A stretch of DNA of 64,000 bases from Kondoa subrosea (taxonomy: Eukaryota): positions 62,001 to 126,000 of the forward strand of contig BCIN01000009.1 in the NCBI GenBank assembly GCA_039545335.1. The letters run 5' to 3'. Positions 51,019-64,000 of this stretch are shown in pieces. Each line of letters starts with the position of its first letter. Position 1 is the stretch's first letter. The notes under the pieces were generated by a model, which worked only from the letters and a program-made list of their open reading frames with translations, made no database searches and was not told where the DNA came from. The translations under genes were made by a program, and so were the position numbers.

Positions 51019-53096
51019 ATGAACGGCAGTCTGTTGACTGTTCAACCTTTTCACGAGCATCAACCGCAAGCAATCACTAGTAATGGAACAATAGCACAAG
51101 ATTCCAACCAAATTCTGCTTAAACGCAAACGATCCCCTTCACTCGATAATCAAACCAAATCTCATTCTTCTACTAATTCACCTTATACTAATGGTCTGTT
51201 GGACGGAGGAGAAGAAGAAGTTTCTACTCCCGCTACTACTGCTTCTATATCTGTTGACATACTGCCAATAACAACAACGGATACTGAAGTCAAGAAGAAG
51301 GAAGTCAGACCGAAAGCGCAACCTAAAGCTTCTACTTCAAAGGTCAGTGATGCTAAGCTCTTAGCACTATACAAGTGTTGACAAGCTTGTTGTAAATGAC
51401 AGAGCGTGAAAGGCAAAGGGAAAGCTACAGCCAAGAAACCAGTAAAGAAAGCAGCAGCAAAGAAGGTCAGTCCCTGTTCTCTTTGCCTCTATTTATTGCG
51501 TCTGATCTTTTGATTCAGCAAACTCAAAAAGCTCGTACCAAAGCAGGAGATCGATTATCTCGAACCGCTACCCCAGATTTTCCAACAGATGATTCCTATC
51601 AACAAATCTATCAACCTGCTGCAAGAGTTCAAGCTCACGCTTATGATCCAGAAGCTGATCCAGCTGCTGGTGAGGAGGACGAAGAAGATGATAGGCTTTA
51701 TTGCGTTTGTCAACAATTGTATGATCCGGAAAGGATGATGATTGCTTGTGATCGGTGCGTTTGTGGTCTGTTGTATGCGTAATGCATATTAAGAAATTGT
51801 GGTAAATTGCACAGATGTGATAATTGGTATCATACGGATGTCAGTCAATCTCGAACAAGATTGACTCATTACTCATATTGAGGCAAATTACAGTGCATAG
51901 GAATAGACGAGAACGATGTGGAGCTCGTCAATGACTTTATATGTCCAAAATGCGAAACAGGTGAGGGCCACAGGTGCTCTCAGACATTTTCGGAAAGTCT
52001 GAGGCACCAGTTTTCACTTCACAGCAACCAGCAAACGAACAACGTGGAAATCTCGTTGCTCGAAAGAAGGATGCAAGAAAGCTCAAGTCTCCTTATCCAA
52101 ATACTGCAGTGATCTATGCGGGATAGAAGCAGCAACCGCTCGTTTAGAAGTTTCTGGATTGCAACCTGAATCTTTCTGGAATTCCGTTTCTGGTGCAAGA
52201 AAAAGAAGAGGCTTGGTCTTAGACGGGAATCTGGATCTTTCAAAAACGACTTCGGTTTCACCTAAAGCGAAATTACAACCTGATCCTGAATCGGAAGAAA
52301 GGAAACGGATCAGTTTGGAAAAAGCTGCCATGCGAGCGGAACAGAAAGCGGTCGATAGAGAATTGCAGCATCTCAGAACCACGAGTATCAATATCGAACA
52401 GCAACAAAGTACGATATCAGGTCATATACAGCGATTAGATTCCAGGTTGCAGTACTTGAGTTTCGCAATCAAAGAATGGGAAACTGCGGTTAGATTGCAT
52501 GCGGAAGAAACTGGTCTTCTTGATGCGGTGAAGAAAGAGGAAGAAGAAGATGCAGTTCCAGATCAACCGATACCTAAAGCGAAAAAGGGAAAGCAAAAGA
52601 AGAAACAAGCTAGCAATAATAATACTTCTTCTGCAGGGCCTTCGAATGATGCTCCTTGTGGTTTCGATATACGATTAATATGGGAAGATCATCTTTGGTC
52701 AGCTTGGGCTAGAAGTAGTAAAGGTCGAGCTATTCTACAAACCGAAGTCGTACTCTTGCCAGGAGAAGATGAGAGTATGCTAGAACCGGATGCGGAAGGT
52801 GAAGAAGAGGACGAGCAAGGTCTAGTTTGCACTATAACCAGGAAACGATGCGATCGGCATCAAGGTTGGCAGCGGTTACATGAAGCGAGTTTTGAAGCGG
52901 AGAAGACTGTGCTGGTAAGTCTGGTATATTCATTAGCCATGCTGCACTGTGTTTATACCCTTCTCAGTCTCGCAAGCTAGAACGACTCGCTACCCAAGCA
53001 AAGTCAATACAAGACCAGATCATCGATATCGAACAATATCAGAGCTTTCTTTTGTCAGCACAGGAGGGTCTTGACAGAGTATCGATGCAAAAGTAG
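51019..53096 (+). CDS. SPP1: PHD-finger protein, COMPASS Spp1/CFP1-like
   Basis: LYCVCQQLYDPERMMIACDRCDNWYHTDCIG..FICPKC, then RC..EGC..SKYCSDLCG, a coiled coil and C..TRKRCDRHQGWQ. Start approximate. Confidence 0.82.
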
Positions 53097-53221
53097 CTTC
53101 TCGCGCAAACTTGTAAAGTTGCAATGCATCTCTACGTCTTGTCTCGCCTCTTTGCAAGAAAGGTGTGTTCGCAGGCTTCATTTGATACCTGTGCTATGCT
53201 GTTCTATTTGTACATCGTAAT

Positions 53222-56200
53222 CTAGCGCTTGCTCTTCTTTCCTTTGCTGTTAGCACCATTTTGTTGACCTCCGATGAATGCTACCAGCTCGTCTAGTGGT
53301 AAGTGACCCATAGAAGGTCCTACAAGCTGTTGCACCGCAATAGCTGCGTTGTCTTCTGCTTTCGGCATTGCTGATTCTTTTGAGCTTCCTTTCGCCATGA
53401 GCTGCTTAGCTCGTTCTTCGTTCAGACCCAATCTACGTGCCAGTCTCCCAACTTTAGCTTGCTCGCCTCTTTCCTTGTTGAGAATAGCTCGTGTGAGCAC
53501 ATCATGTAGATTAGATGCTTCAACCGTCTTCTCGTCGAACTTGCCTAAGCGGAGGTTGAACAGTTCCGAAGCTTGGCCAGCGGTTTCTCGAGAAGCAAGA
53601 AGGTCACCGCTGAGCGCTTGAGCATTGGCTAATTGTACTTGAATAGTCCCGGTAGCGATTGAAGTTGATCCCCTTGTGAGCGCACTCAGCTCTGCTGCTG
53701 AAGTGAGAAGGGGTACTGCTGCTGCGTGATCTTTCCATTGCGTCAGGATCTGAGCAGCATTTGTCTGATAACAAAAGTCAGCTATCATTCAACATACTCG
53801 CAATATGTTCCACTCACTAAAGCTCGAATTGCATCAGGATGGCCCTCGCCATAGATTACCGAAAGAAGATCATATGCATGACGAAGCATGCGCAGTCCAA
53901 GCACAGCATTGCCGCTAGCATGTTCGAGTATACCAAGATCGATATACTGCTGTGCGGTCGTCGAGTGATCGAGACCCATCGTTCTTTCGGCCAGGATAAC
54001 ACTCTGTCGATTCATTTGCACAGCGCTTTCCCAGAACTGAGCCATTTCCCGCTTTGCTGCTTCTAAGTGATCTTTATCGGGCAAGCCACTTTCGCGCTTG
54101 GCTTTCTCATTGTCTTCTGCTGTCGAGTCGGCAGCATGACCGCTCTCGTAGATATTGACATTCCGAACAATAGGTTGAGCAACTTGATGGTATAGCACTG
54201 CCAGTTCGTGGTAGCGAACAGCCAACTCTGGATGAACTTGGCCGTAGATCTGCTCGTAATAGGCCAGAGCGTCCGTCACCAGACCTTCCCCGACTGCGAG
54301 ACTTCCTTGACTGATATGACGATTGCCCTGTTCGAATACTTCGTCCGCAAGTGTGCTCTACAATAAGAATAAGCAAAAAGCAAGGACATATGTAAACGAT
54401 AATGTACCTTGTGAGGCACTTCTTTTGCGACTGGATACACTTGGACGACATCTACTGGATCGAAAGTCGTGGTTCTGGTTCGAACGGGTGGCGATGCGGC
54501 TTTCTTTGGCTTGCTTGAACTGGTAGCATCTTCCTCCGAGGACGCAAGTCCATTAGTTGCTGCGCTCTTGAATTGATAATCGCGAAGTTCGAGTTGAATA
54601 CCAACTCTTAAGCATACATCACGGAGTATTTGCACGGCCGGCAGGTTATCGAAGAAGCCTATAGGTAGAGCATATCGAAATCGGCTAGCGATCTCTTTGC
54701 GGAGATCTTGCTGTAATGAGGCAGGCGAGAGCTTGGTCCAAACGCGGTTGCGCGTTGTAGGGGGAATCGAAGATGTATCGGGTGCCGGGTGGGGATTGAG
54801 ACGGGTACCAAGTAGACAGTTTAGGAAGTGCGAAATACAAGGTGCAATTTCAGATAGCTCGCGCCCCTTCAGTAAGCGCCGCAAGAGGTGCTTGCTAGCT
54901 CGGACAAGCATCTCTCGTTCTAACGTGCGAACGAGTGCACTCAGAATACGGGAAGCGTATTCGCGGTGCTTCTCTGGGACTTCGAGCTTGTCGACCTCCG
55001 CTCGAGAGGCGACCAAACCGAGGTAGCGCATATTGATACCGCGATTGTGGAAGTGTTTAGTGAGAGCGAAACCATCCGCAGGAGCCAGACCGACATTTAT
55101 GACTTCGCCCAGGAAAGATGTGATGGCAGAAGATCGCAGGTGAGAAGAAGCGTCTCGAACAGCTTTGACCGAAGGATCAGACTCGTCATACTTCACGAAT
55201 GCCGCTTCATTCTTTCGCTCGACGAACGCATCAGGGTTGAAGGTGAGATCGAATTCAGTGATATCAATAACAGTTCGAGGTTGCTGGAGTGTCTCGACGA
55301 TGGCTTCGATTTCAGCTCGCTTAGTAGCCTGTTCTTCTGTTTCGCCTTCTCTTCTTGTTGTAAGTGCATTCGCTTTAGCTGCTTCATTCTCTTTTCGAAC
55401 TTCGTTAGTTTCGTTGATCTTTTCATAAATCCATGTTCGCAGCTTGCTTTCGTGGAAGGCCTCAATGAGCTCGGGTCGGAGAAGAACAAAGCGATGAGGA
55501 TATTTTGAGCTTTCAAGCTGGTCTTCTACGGATTCAGTTTCACTAGGATTTCTGTACAGGGAAGAGCCATCGATATCTTGCTCCATAAAGCAGACATCAA
55601 CTGGTTGCAAGCGATCTATCACACTTTCATTAGCTATATAACCCAAAGAGGTCTGCATCTGACCCACAAAGATCGATCAAATAGTTGTTCCCGTCTAGAC
55701 CTCGAATGATCTTGGTGTCTCCGCTTAAGGCCAATTCTGTTTCTTTACCCTTGGAGTCTTTGACTTTGTGCGGAGCCAATCTGAGGGATTGACCAATCTT
55801 CTTTGCTAATTCCTCAAACTCCGATTCTGCAACATACTTGCCTTCAACGACTTCTGTGTCGGCTGATCCGTAGACGATTCGGATCGGCTGAGCAGGTGAA
55901 TCAGCTTTCTTGTCATCAGACTTCTCTTCTTCCTCAGCTGAAGGCAGAACAGGGCTAGACGCCGCAGATTCACCATCTTCTTTGTTGACCACAGTGAAAG
56001 AGGAAATTGAAGCAGTCGATTCAGATAGATCTTTACTGCTAGCATTCTCTTCTGCTTTCTTCTGTTCTTTTTCCTTTGCAGCTACCTCCTCTTTTTCCTT
56101 CTCTGCCAATTTCTCCTTTTCCGAACTTGACATTAAAGGTAATATCGAATCTTGGAAAGAAGTGAAACCAGGCAAGATCGTTTGTGCGATCCACCTTTGA

Positions 56201-58200
56201 CCTAAATAATCCACTACAGTTGTAGGACAAAAGTGAACTTTATCGAGATCCAAAGCATTCATGAGTTTGATTCCATTGACGTCTTTGGCAGTTTGAACAT
56301 GAACAGCTTCATCTCCACCTAAGTGGGTCATTCCATCCAAAGCATCTGCAGCTGGAACGAATAAAAGGTTCTGATGGAAAATTGTTTGCTGGGCAGGTGG
56401 TTCTTGAGGATTGGCGGCTTGAATATCACCATGAACTATACCGACTACAGATCTTGCTGCGCACATTGCCAAATCGGCAAGAGTTCGGGAAAGGAATCGT
56501 TCTCGGGCTAGTCTTTCGGGCATAGTAGTTTTCGGCAAGTCTCGAATCAGAACAAAGTCAGCATTCCAGTCTCTTGCTGTTGGTAGTGCTTCAAGAGTCA
56601 TACTGCCGGTTAAAAGATAAGCTGCCTGAGATCGAATTGGATCAGACATGGTTGGAGGAGAGGAGACCAGCCAAGGCGAAGCGGGAATACAATTGGTGAT
56701 TGGCGCATTAGAGAAAGTATCTGGATGAAGAGGTACTTCAGGTTTGAGGAGCGTACTGATTGATTTAAGGAAACGAGGTGAGATAGCTGCTAGCAAACCA
56801 AAGAGGGAGCTGAAGGTGCGTTCACCAGCTGGGCTAGATCTAGCTTGACGAGGAGTGGTATCGAAATGATAGGTATCAGACTTGTCGATATAGATGCCAG
56901 AAGTGGTAATAGTGATGTGGTAGTATTCGCCTTCTAAAGTTGTTATCGAGAGGTACAAGAGTTGTCCGCGAAGACGTTGCTGCTGGGTTGGCGGATTCCA
57001 AGGAGATAAGGATAATTGCTTGACACAAAGAGGCATCGGTGGTTTGTTGACTATCTGCATGCGAGAAGCAGTCATCGTCGCAAGGGGATCGGTAGAGCGG
57101 TCCTTTGGCCAATTGGCAAAAGCATGTTCTGCCTCATCTGCGATCGGTTCTGAAGGTGGTGATGCAGACTCTTGTTTCTCGATGCCATTGGTGCGGGCTT
57201 TCGATTTCTTGCCTTTCTTGCCTGATTTAGCGGATGACTCTGGTAGGAATTCTGCGACGGAGCACATCAGCACCAATATTTACCAAAGCAGCAGCCGGCC
57301 AAATTACCTTCAGACGATGTTTGATTTGGCTGCGCTGACCTGCTAAAGGGATCTTCAAACTTGACTGGACCACGCAGAGTACTGAACATTGTGGATCCAC
57401 TTTCGACAGAGTAAGCGTTCGGCTCCATAGCTGGAATTCGATAGGTCTGTCTCAATCGAGTGCCTTGGAAGGAGTTGGTGAAGACATCTCGAGCTCGAAG
57501 AACATGTTCCCTTGCCATACTTTCAGTCCATGGACCTGATACAAGATATTCAGACAGGATTCAGAGCTTCCCTCGCAGCTAAGTCCTACAATCGACAACT
57601 CTCAGAATTCTTGGAACGGATAGATCCTTGTATTCCGCTCCTTTGAAAACAGTACCCACTTCAAGCCATTCGTTGAGAGGATCTTTTGTATCTTCTTGAT
57701 CTTCTCCAATAGGTAGACCATCTGCAGATTCTGCTGCAACCCTAACGAAACTGAATGCGCCCAACCAGTAGCCTTCTCCTTCGAGAACAATGTTCTTGAG
57801 TTCTTTCAGAGGTTCAGCAGCGGAGGTAGTGATTGTCAAAGCCAAAGAGCCTTTGTCGCTGGGCAGTGCAGATTTCGCTGCAGCTAGTTCTGGGGTTGGA
57901 GGAGAAGGCAGAATGACCAGAATCCTGATCAAGACACAACAAGAGATCTACAGTAAGGAAAGGAGAGTGTAGAAGCAGGAAAAGTAAGACTTGCTCGAAC
58001 TGATCTGCTGAATACGGAAAGATGCATGAATCAACTTTTTGGTCCAAGTGACAGAGATCGGGCTTCAGCTCACGTTCTACATATTTGCTAGCTTCTTCCT
58101 TTGACCCATTGGTAGCTGCTTGGACTTTCTCTAGCTGCTGTTCAGGTTTAGGTGTAGACAGCTCTGGCGATGTCTCATCGTTTTCATGAGCTGAGGACAT
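53222..58200 (-). CDS. CLU1: Clustered mitochondria protein Clu1 (TIF31)
   Basis: LSLSPWNPP..RLRGQLLYL, ARDWNADF..LPKTT..RLARER, TVVDYLGQRWIAQTILPG, IRGLDGNNYLIDL, YPHRFVLLRPEL, HNRGINMRYLG, TPR-like YEQIYGQVHPE..AERTMGLDH. Confidence 0.95.
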
Positions 58201-58397
58201 GCTAGATGGATGCAAAGGTATCTAAAGAGTCCCTGCTGCAATCTTGGTATCTATCCAAAGCTTCTCTGATTCGTCGTTCAAATGTCCAAAATTTCAAGTT
58301 ATTGACTTTGATAAGCGCATGAATCGGGAGTATTAGGCTTCAACAGCCACAACTCCAGCAAGCTTGATCTCTCTGTATCTGTGTTCGCGATCAAGCG

Positions 58398-59591
58398 ATG
58401 TCTTTGAACTACCTAGTAGACAGCGAGACTCAATGCGAAAAAGAAATTTGGTGCGCAGGCTTCGCATCTTCCAACATCGCGTTGGCGGGAGGTCTAGATG
58501 GGAAACTACGCATCTGGGACACATCTGTTTCACGCACTGAAGCATCTTCAACAATCTCTTCCCAATTTTCTTCTCTTGCTCTCGTTTCCCTCTCTGCAAG
58601 CTCTAGCTTTGTAGTGACCAACTCTCTTGATTCCAAGATATGTCGCTACGGTCTACCAGATGGGACTTTGCAAGCTTCAACTTCCCTGAAACCTTCGCAG
58701 GCTTGGCAAATCGCTCTGCATCCTCAAGAAGAAATTATGGCTACCTCAGGCGACAAATGCAAAGTCTCTGTACTTAGAAGCAGTGTGGAAGAGTTTGGCA
58801 AGTCGGTTGCTACATTAGAGGGAAGAGGACAATTCGCTACTTGCTGCACGTATTCACCTGATGGAACTCTTTTGGCGACTGCTGCCAGTACTGGAGAAGT
58901 ATCTTTGTTTGATGTAGCTCAGGGAACTTTGATACAAACATTTCCGGGTCAGTAATGCATCGCAAAGTGTCATATGTTTGACTCACTTGGTCGGTGGTTC
59001 TGACAGCGCATGCGAAAACTATTCGCTCACTAACTTTCTCGCCGGACTCTGCTTTACTAATAACAGGCGTGAGCTCTCTTCCTCCTTCGCCTCTGTTATA
59101 AACTGACTTTCATACAGGGAGATGACCATCACATCAAAGTTTTCGACGTTCGACTAGCCTTGAGCAGGCGAAGTATGTCAAGCGTTACTTCGATGGAAGC
59201 CACCTCCGGATGGATCTTATCCCTTGCTGCTAGAGGTGATGGGAAAGTGCTAGCGAGCGGGTACGTCCCTGTCTTTCACTTACTTCAAGCTTCCTCGATT
59301 AAAAAGTTTGCTTAGATCAGCAGATGGGTCAGCTCAAAGTCACGCATCCGAGGCATAGCTGAAAGTTTCATCGATAGGACGATCAAGCTATGGGATTTTG
59401 CGCATCTCAGTACACCGCTAACTACAATACGTGATCAACCTAAAGAAGTCTTTGCACTCGCATGGCGCCCCCAAGCTCCAAGCACAGCACTGGAAGGTGT
59501 AGCAGGAACGGGCTTGGGTGGCGGCGCATTCGTGTCGGGAGGCTCAGATGGAAATTTGCGCTTCTATCGCGCATCAGGAGCAGCAGCTTGA
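58398..59591 (+). CDS. SKI8: WD40 protein Ski8/Rec14
   Basis: MSLNYL..EIWCA, VVTNSLDSKI, AWQIALHP, YSPDGTLLATA..V.LFDV..G.LIQTF.AH..TIRSLTFSPDS, WILSL, EVFALAWRP..FVSGGSDGNLRFYR. Confidence 0.82.
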
Positions 59592-59994
59592 AGGTACATA
59601 TGACTCGCAGCTGACTGGGCGTGCTTTTGACTGATCGCTTGGTGTTATAGTCACTCGTCATCTATTTCCAGCCTGTGTTCTTAGCAGGTTGAGTTGTGTC
59701 CGAGATGCCGACTCCAGAGGGCTGATACTTGGTATCATTGACAGGCCTCCTCGAGATCTTGACGTTGGAGCCGGTGCCCTCAGCTGTGATCGGTCTTGTC
59801 GTCTTTGTGGGAACCGCTTTTGCTTGTGTTGCGTTTCGACACCTGCACCAGAACAGGAAGTTCAGCGAGCGTCGAATCTACTCTCGAAGTTTCAAGTCGC
59901 AGGAGTCTAAGAGCAAGTGGAGTCCTAATATTATAGTCTGCGTAGTGATGCAATGGCAGGGCTAGCATAACCATAACAGTGCTCTTCCGATACA

Positions 59995-61352
59995 ATGATG
60001 TTTGGTTCCGTTGATACCGTCTATTCCGCTTGCTCTGTTGAATTCTGTCCCTCGCATCCAGAAATCCTTGCTTGTGGAACATATCAAATCACAGAGGATG
60101 ATAGCGTCGTTTCCAAAGACCCGTCCAGTCCTGCTACAAAGCGTTTAGGTCGTTGTTTGCTCTATGATACCACTGAAAACAAGCTGTGAGGTTATATTTT
60201 GCTAATAGGCAGCCATTCTGAAGTGGAACAGGCGAGAAATACAGCGTTTTGATGGACCTGCTATTCTGGATATGAAATGGTGAATTCCAAGTGTTCCGGC
60301 TGCTGCATTGCTCTGAGAGCTTTGCTTAGGACTCAAATAAGAGGAAAAGACGTGCTTGCTATAGCCAATGCAGAAGGTCAAGTTTCCCTGCATGCAATGA
60401 ACGATTCTCGAACGGTTCGTTTTCGGTCTTTCAATTCTCCTCTGTAAGCTGACATTCTGTCAAGCTAGATCCTATACAGACTATACAGTGCTCGAAATCG
60501 AAGAATCTCTGTTTGTCGCTAGATTGGTCCAATAGACGAAACACTAGGTATGTCGTATCTTGCTGCGAGCATTCTGTTCATGCGAATGACAGTGAAGAGG
60601 CCGAATTAGCAGTCTCCGTCAGTGACGGCAGTGTATCAATCTATTCCGGCGAAGATATGGGACAAACGGAAAGCTGGCACGCTCACGATTTTGAACCTTG
60701 GATTGTAGCTTGGGATTGTTGGAACACTCAAACACTCTGGACAGGTTCATTCTCGTCTCTCTCTCTGATTGACCGCATACTGATTGCTCTTTAGGCGGAG
60801 ACGATTGCAAACTGAAAGCCTGGGACAGACGACAAGGCTTTTCCAGTCCCGTTGCAATGAATAGGCGCTTTGATGGCGGAGTGACCGCTGTGCAGTCTCA
60901 TACTCTACGAGAAAACTTGTTAGCTGTTGGAAGGTAATGTCCAAGCTCTTTCGTTGGCCTTTGCTAATATTGATACAGCTATGATTCGCGTTTACGTATC
61001 TTCGATAAGCGGAATATCAATCGAGCGCTGCTAGAGATCGACGTAGGAGGAGTGAGTGCGCCACATATCCTGCGACCTCCAACTTATTACAGCACAGGGT
61101 ATTTGGCGAACGAAATGGCATCCCTCAAACTCAAATAAGCTGCTAGTAGCCTGCATGCATGACGGCTTCAAGGTATTGAAGATTGACACGACTGATGAGA
61201 GTCCAAACAATGCCGAGATAAGCAAGCGTTTTGATGAACACAAGTCATTGGCCTACGGAGCGGATTGGGCAGAGTCAGGGTCAGATGCAAATACACTGAT
61301 AGCTAGTTGTAGTTTCTACGATCATTTGTTATGCCTATGGGATGATGCTTGA
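59995..61352 (+). CDS. DPH7: Diphthine methylesterase (WD40) Dph7/Rrt2
   Basis: DTVYSACSVEFCP..ILACGTYQI, RLGRCLLY, AILDMKW, WHAHDFEPWI, LWTGGDDCKLKAWD, GIWRTKWHP..LLVACMHDGFKV, HKSLAYGADW..IASCSFYDH. Confidence 0.95.
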
Positions 61353-61374
61353 CACCTTAGTCAAACAAATAGCG

Positions 61375-64000
61375 TTACGCGCTCCGACACAATATCTTGA
61401 GTGCTGGCATAAACACATCTGTTACGCCGGACTGCAGCAGCTGGAGATGCAGATCTAATGCCAGACCAGGATCGCCATTGCGGATAGCTGTTAGCACAGC
61501 AGCATCAGCCTTGATGGCGGAAGACCAGAACTGACGAACCTTCTTCTATCGCATTTAAACCTTCGACTGCTGATGGACTCAATGTCTCGCAATTCAATGC
61601 ATCAAACAGAACATTCAAGCGCCGTTCAGTGTCGTCGACCATCTTCTTTTGCTGAACCTGCACAGACATATCAGTATCGATCAAGTTGCGAGTAAAGAGA
61701 CCGACTGGAGTGTTCTGGCGAATGAACTGCATCCTTTCAGAACATGTCTGATAGATAGGCATACTTGCAGCTGGAATGTGAGACCGATCGCCAGCAGCTT
61801 TACAACGGCTTGAGCGCAACACCAAAAGACGGTAAGCGGGACTCACGATATTTCGGTTTCGGAGGTTCAGGCTTTGCAACGGGTGTTTGAGCTGGTGCAG
61901 GTCCTGGTTGTCTTTGCTGAGGTCCAGGACCATTTTGCGGAGGAGGAGGTAAATTCTGGGGTGGAGGCATATTGCCAAATTGCTGCTGAGGCATCATAGG
62001 TGGACCAGGTGGTCTGTTTCCTGCCTGAGGAGCGTATGCCGAATCTCCCGGACTGCTGAATTGCTGCTGCTTTGATGTTTGAGGACCTCCATGCGAGCCT
62101 TGAGGTGTAGGAGGTAGACCAAACTGCTGGGTTTGCTGCATAGGAGGAGTCATCATAGGTAAGGATGGCCTTTGACTTGGAGGTGGACTGAGTGCATGTC
62201 TTGGCGGAGGTCCAGCAGTGCGAGATGCAGGTGGCGGAGGAGGAGACAAAGCAGAACGAGGTGGTGGCGGACCAGTGCTCTGTCTTGGAGCTGGAGAAGC
62301 AGCGGCTCCTCTGCTAGGAGGCGGAGGTGGAACACTACCGCTCATGTGCGGTTGATTCGGCATAGGCGGAACAGGCCCACTTGGGAATGGTGAAGCGATA
62401 GGATTGCGAGCTGCTGAGGGCGCTCTTTTGATTGTTGAAGCGGATACAGCCGGAGCATCATTCCATCCGCCATCTGGAACATACTTCTTCGCAGGCGGAG
62501 CACTTGACGTTTGAGTTGGCATTGGTGGTGGCATGAAGCTTAAAGGACCACGACCGTATGGTCCACCATCTGCTGCATTCTGAGCAGTACCATAAGGATC
62601 ATACGGTTGTTGCTGATTAGCGGGAGCATAAGGTGAAGCCTGTTGATATGGCTGTTGCTGTTGAGGGACAGCTTGGTTCATGAAGGGCTGCTGCCCTTGC
62701 GGAGCATAAGGAGATGGAACCGCTTGGTTTGACACAGGTGCTGGCGCAAAAGAAGCGGGCTGAGAGGGAATTTGCTGAGGAGGGGCGGGCAAAGAAGAAG
62801 ATGGGTTGCTGTAAAGATTGCCTGGCGCATTGTACATGTTGGCAGCTGGAATAGATGGAGCTGCTGTGTAGCCATTTTGCATAGCTCGACTAGTGGAAGC
62901 CACAGGTGTGTTTTTGGCAGCACCCTTGGCACCAGATTTGGCTCCAGTAGCTTCCTGCAATCTTGCTCGAACAGATGTCGGGTCGACATCGAATGATTGA
63001 GTCCCTTCGTAGTCTTTAGGCGTCAAATCGATGTATCGAATAGCTGAAGACAGCATTCCTTGAGCAGCCAAAACTTCCGCATACTCTCGATAGAGGTCAT
63101 ATAGCGCAGCAAGTTTGTATGTTCTGGCACCAGACTGAGCGATTTCTGCCGAGTTAGTCGGCGTAGCCAAATCGACGTCGGTATAATTGACGGCGCTTTG
63201 GAAAATAGTAACTTTTTCGATAAAGGTTTGCAGCGCTTGAGCATGAGCTGATGGCTTTGGTGCTTCAATAGAAGCCTCATCTTCCTTCATCTCTTCAAGC
63301 CAGATGGAAACGACTTTCTCCAGCTTGCCGGCAGCCAGATAGCACAATACAGCATTCTTTCGATATTCGAGATTGGGCGAGTTTGATCGAGTAGAGAGGG
63401 TGTATTGGTATTCAAGACGTTGACCAAGCTGTTCGACTAGACCAGCAAATTCATCTGGTTTCGCAAACGTGCACAGGACGACAAAAATTTCTTGCCATTC
63501 CGGAAGTTCAGCATTCTGCACAATGTCGGATAGATCGTTTGCTACAATAGATTGGAAGAGCCGCAGATAGGGAAGAGCTGTCGTTTGACGCTCGAAGTAT
63601 GCCTTCTGAGTCTTTGCGAGCAGTTCTGGACCGCCTCGAACCGCCAACAGCAAAGCATCGGCATATCGGTCCAACGATAGGCAGAGAGATACAGCACTGG
63701 TATAGTCGCCGAGGATAAGAGCTCGAGTGATCAACCGATCGCTATCTGACTCTTCAGAGGGGTAAATCTTGAATTGATTTGGCTTGACGCTGATTCCAGA
63801 TGCAGCTGATGACGGACGAGATCCAATAGTAGCAGCAACAGAAGAATCCGGTCTTGTTTCGCCTTGCAGGTAGTCAGGCAGAGCAGCCGGACGACCTGAT
63901 CTGATCGAGCTGTAAAAGTCCAAAGTAGCTTGATTATTCTGTTGTTGCGTTGGTGCTGGAGCGGCGTCATCGCCAAAGAGACTTGGTTCTGTCACTTCTG
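61375..64000 (-). CDS. SEC31: COPII coat subunit Sec31 (5' part outside window)
   Basis: LITRALILGDY..AV.LCL..DRYADALLLA, WQEIFVVLCTFA, LCYLAAGKLEKVV.IW, Pro-rich region with GWNDAP, PKYP.GDRSHIP, DDTERRLNVLFDALN. Confidence 0.96.

Overview
Gene-dense, intron-rich eukaryotic DNA from a basidiomycete fungus. Short (~45-70 nt) introns, permissive donors (GTGAGT, GTAAGT, GTCAGT, GTGCGT, occasional GCAAGT) and the protein sequences suggest a Pucciniomycotina-like yeast; this placement is inference. About 30 loci can be read. Conserved housekeeping genes are a double-PHD MYST acetyltransferase, ARP6, eIF3g, mL57-like, AFI1/MesA, CDC45, HMG1, SQT1, RSA4, CSE1, an aldo-keto reductase, a ferric reductase, PRE1, FCF1, a Zn-dependent FDH-like dehydrogenase, an SPP1-like PHD protein, CLU1, SKI8, DPH7 and SEC31. 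Orphan genes lie between them, and several of these carry disabling lesions. I saw no tRNA, rRNA, CRISPR array or recognisable transposon. The most interesting signals are at the splicing level: (i) a ~11-exon cysteine-rich secreted-protein gene largely invisible to the ORF track, which appears to need a 1-nt exon; (ii) two introns of a 22-intron dehydrogenase gene with near-identical 3' halves (34/35 nt); (iii) a phase-consistent spliced transmembrane ORF between SKI8 and DPH7 that overlaps SKI8 and can splice in frame into DPH7; and (iv) apparently selective decay of accessory genes, including a -1/+7 frameshift pair. CDS coordinates are whole-gene spans including introns, derived by hand.
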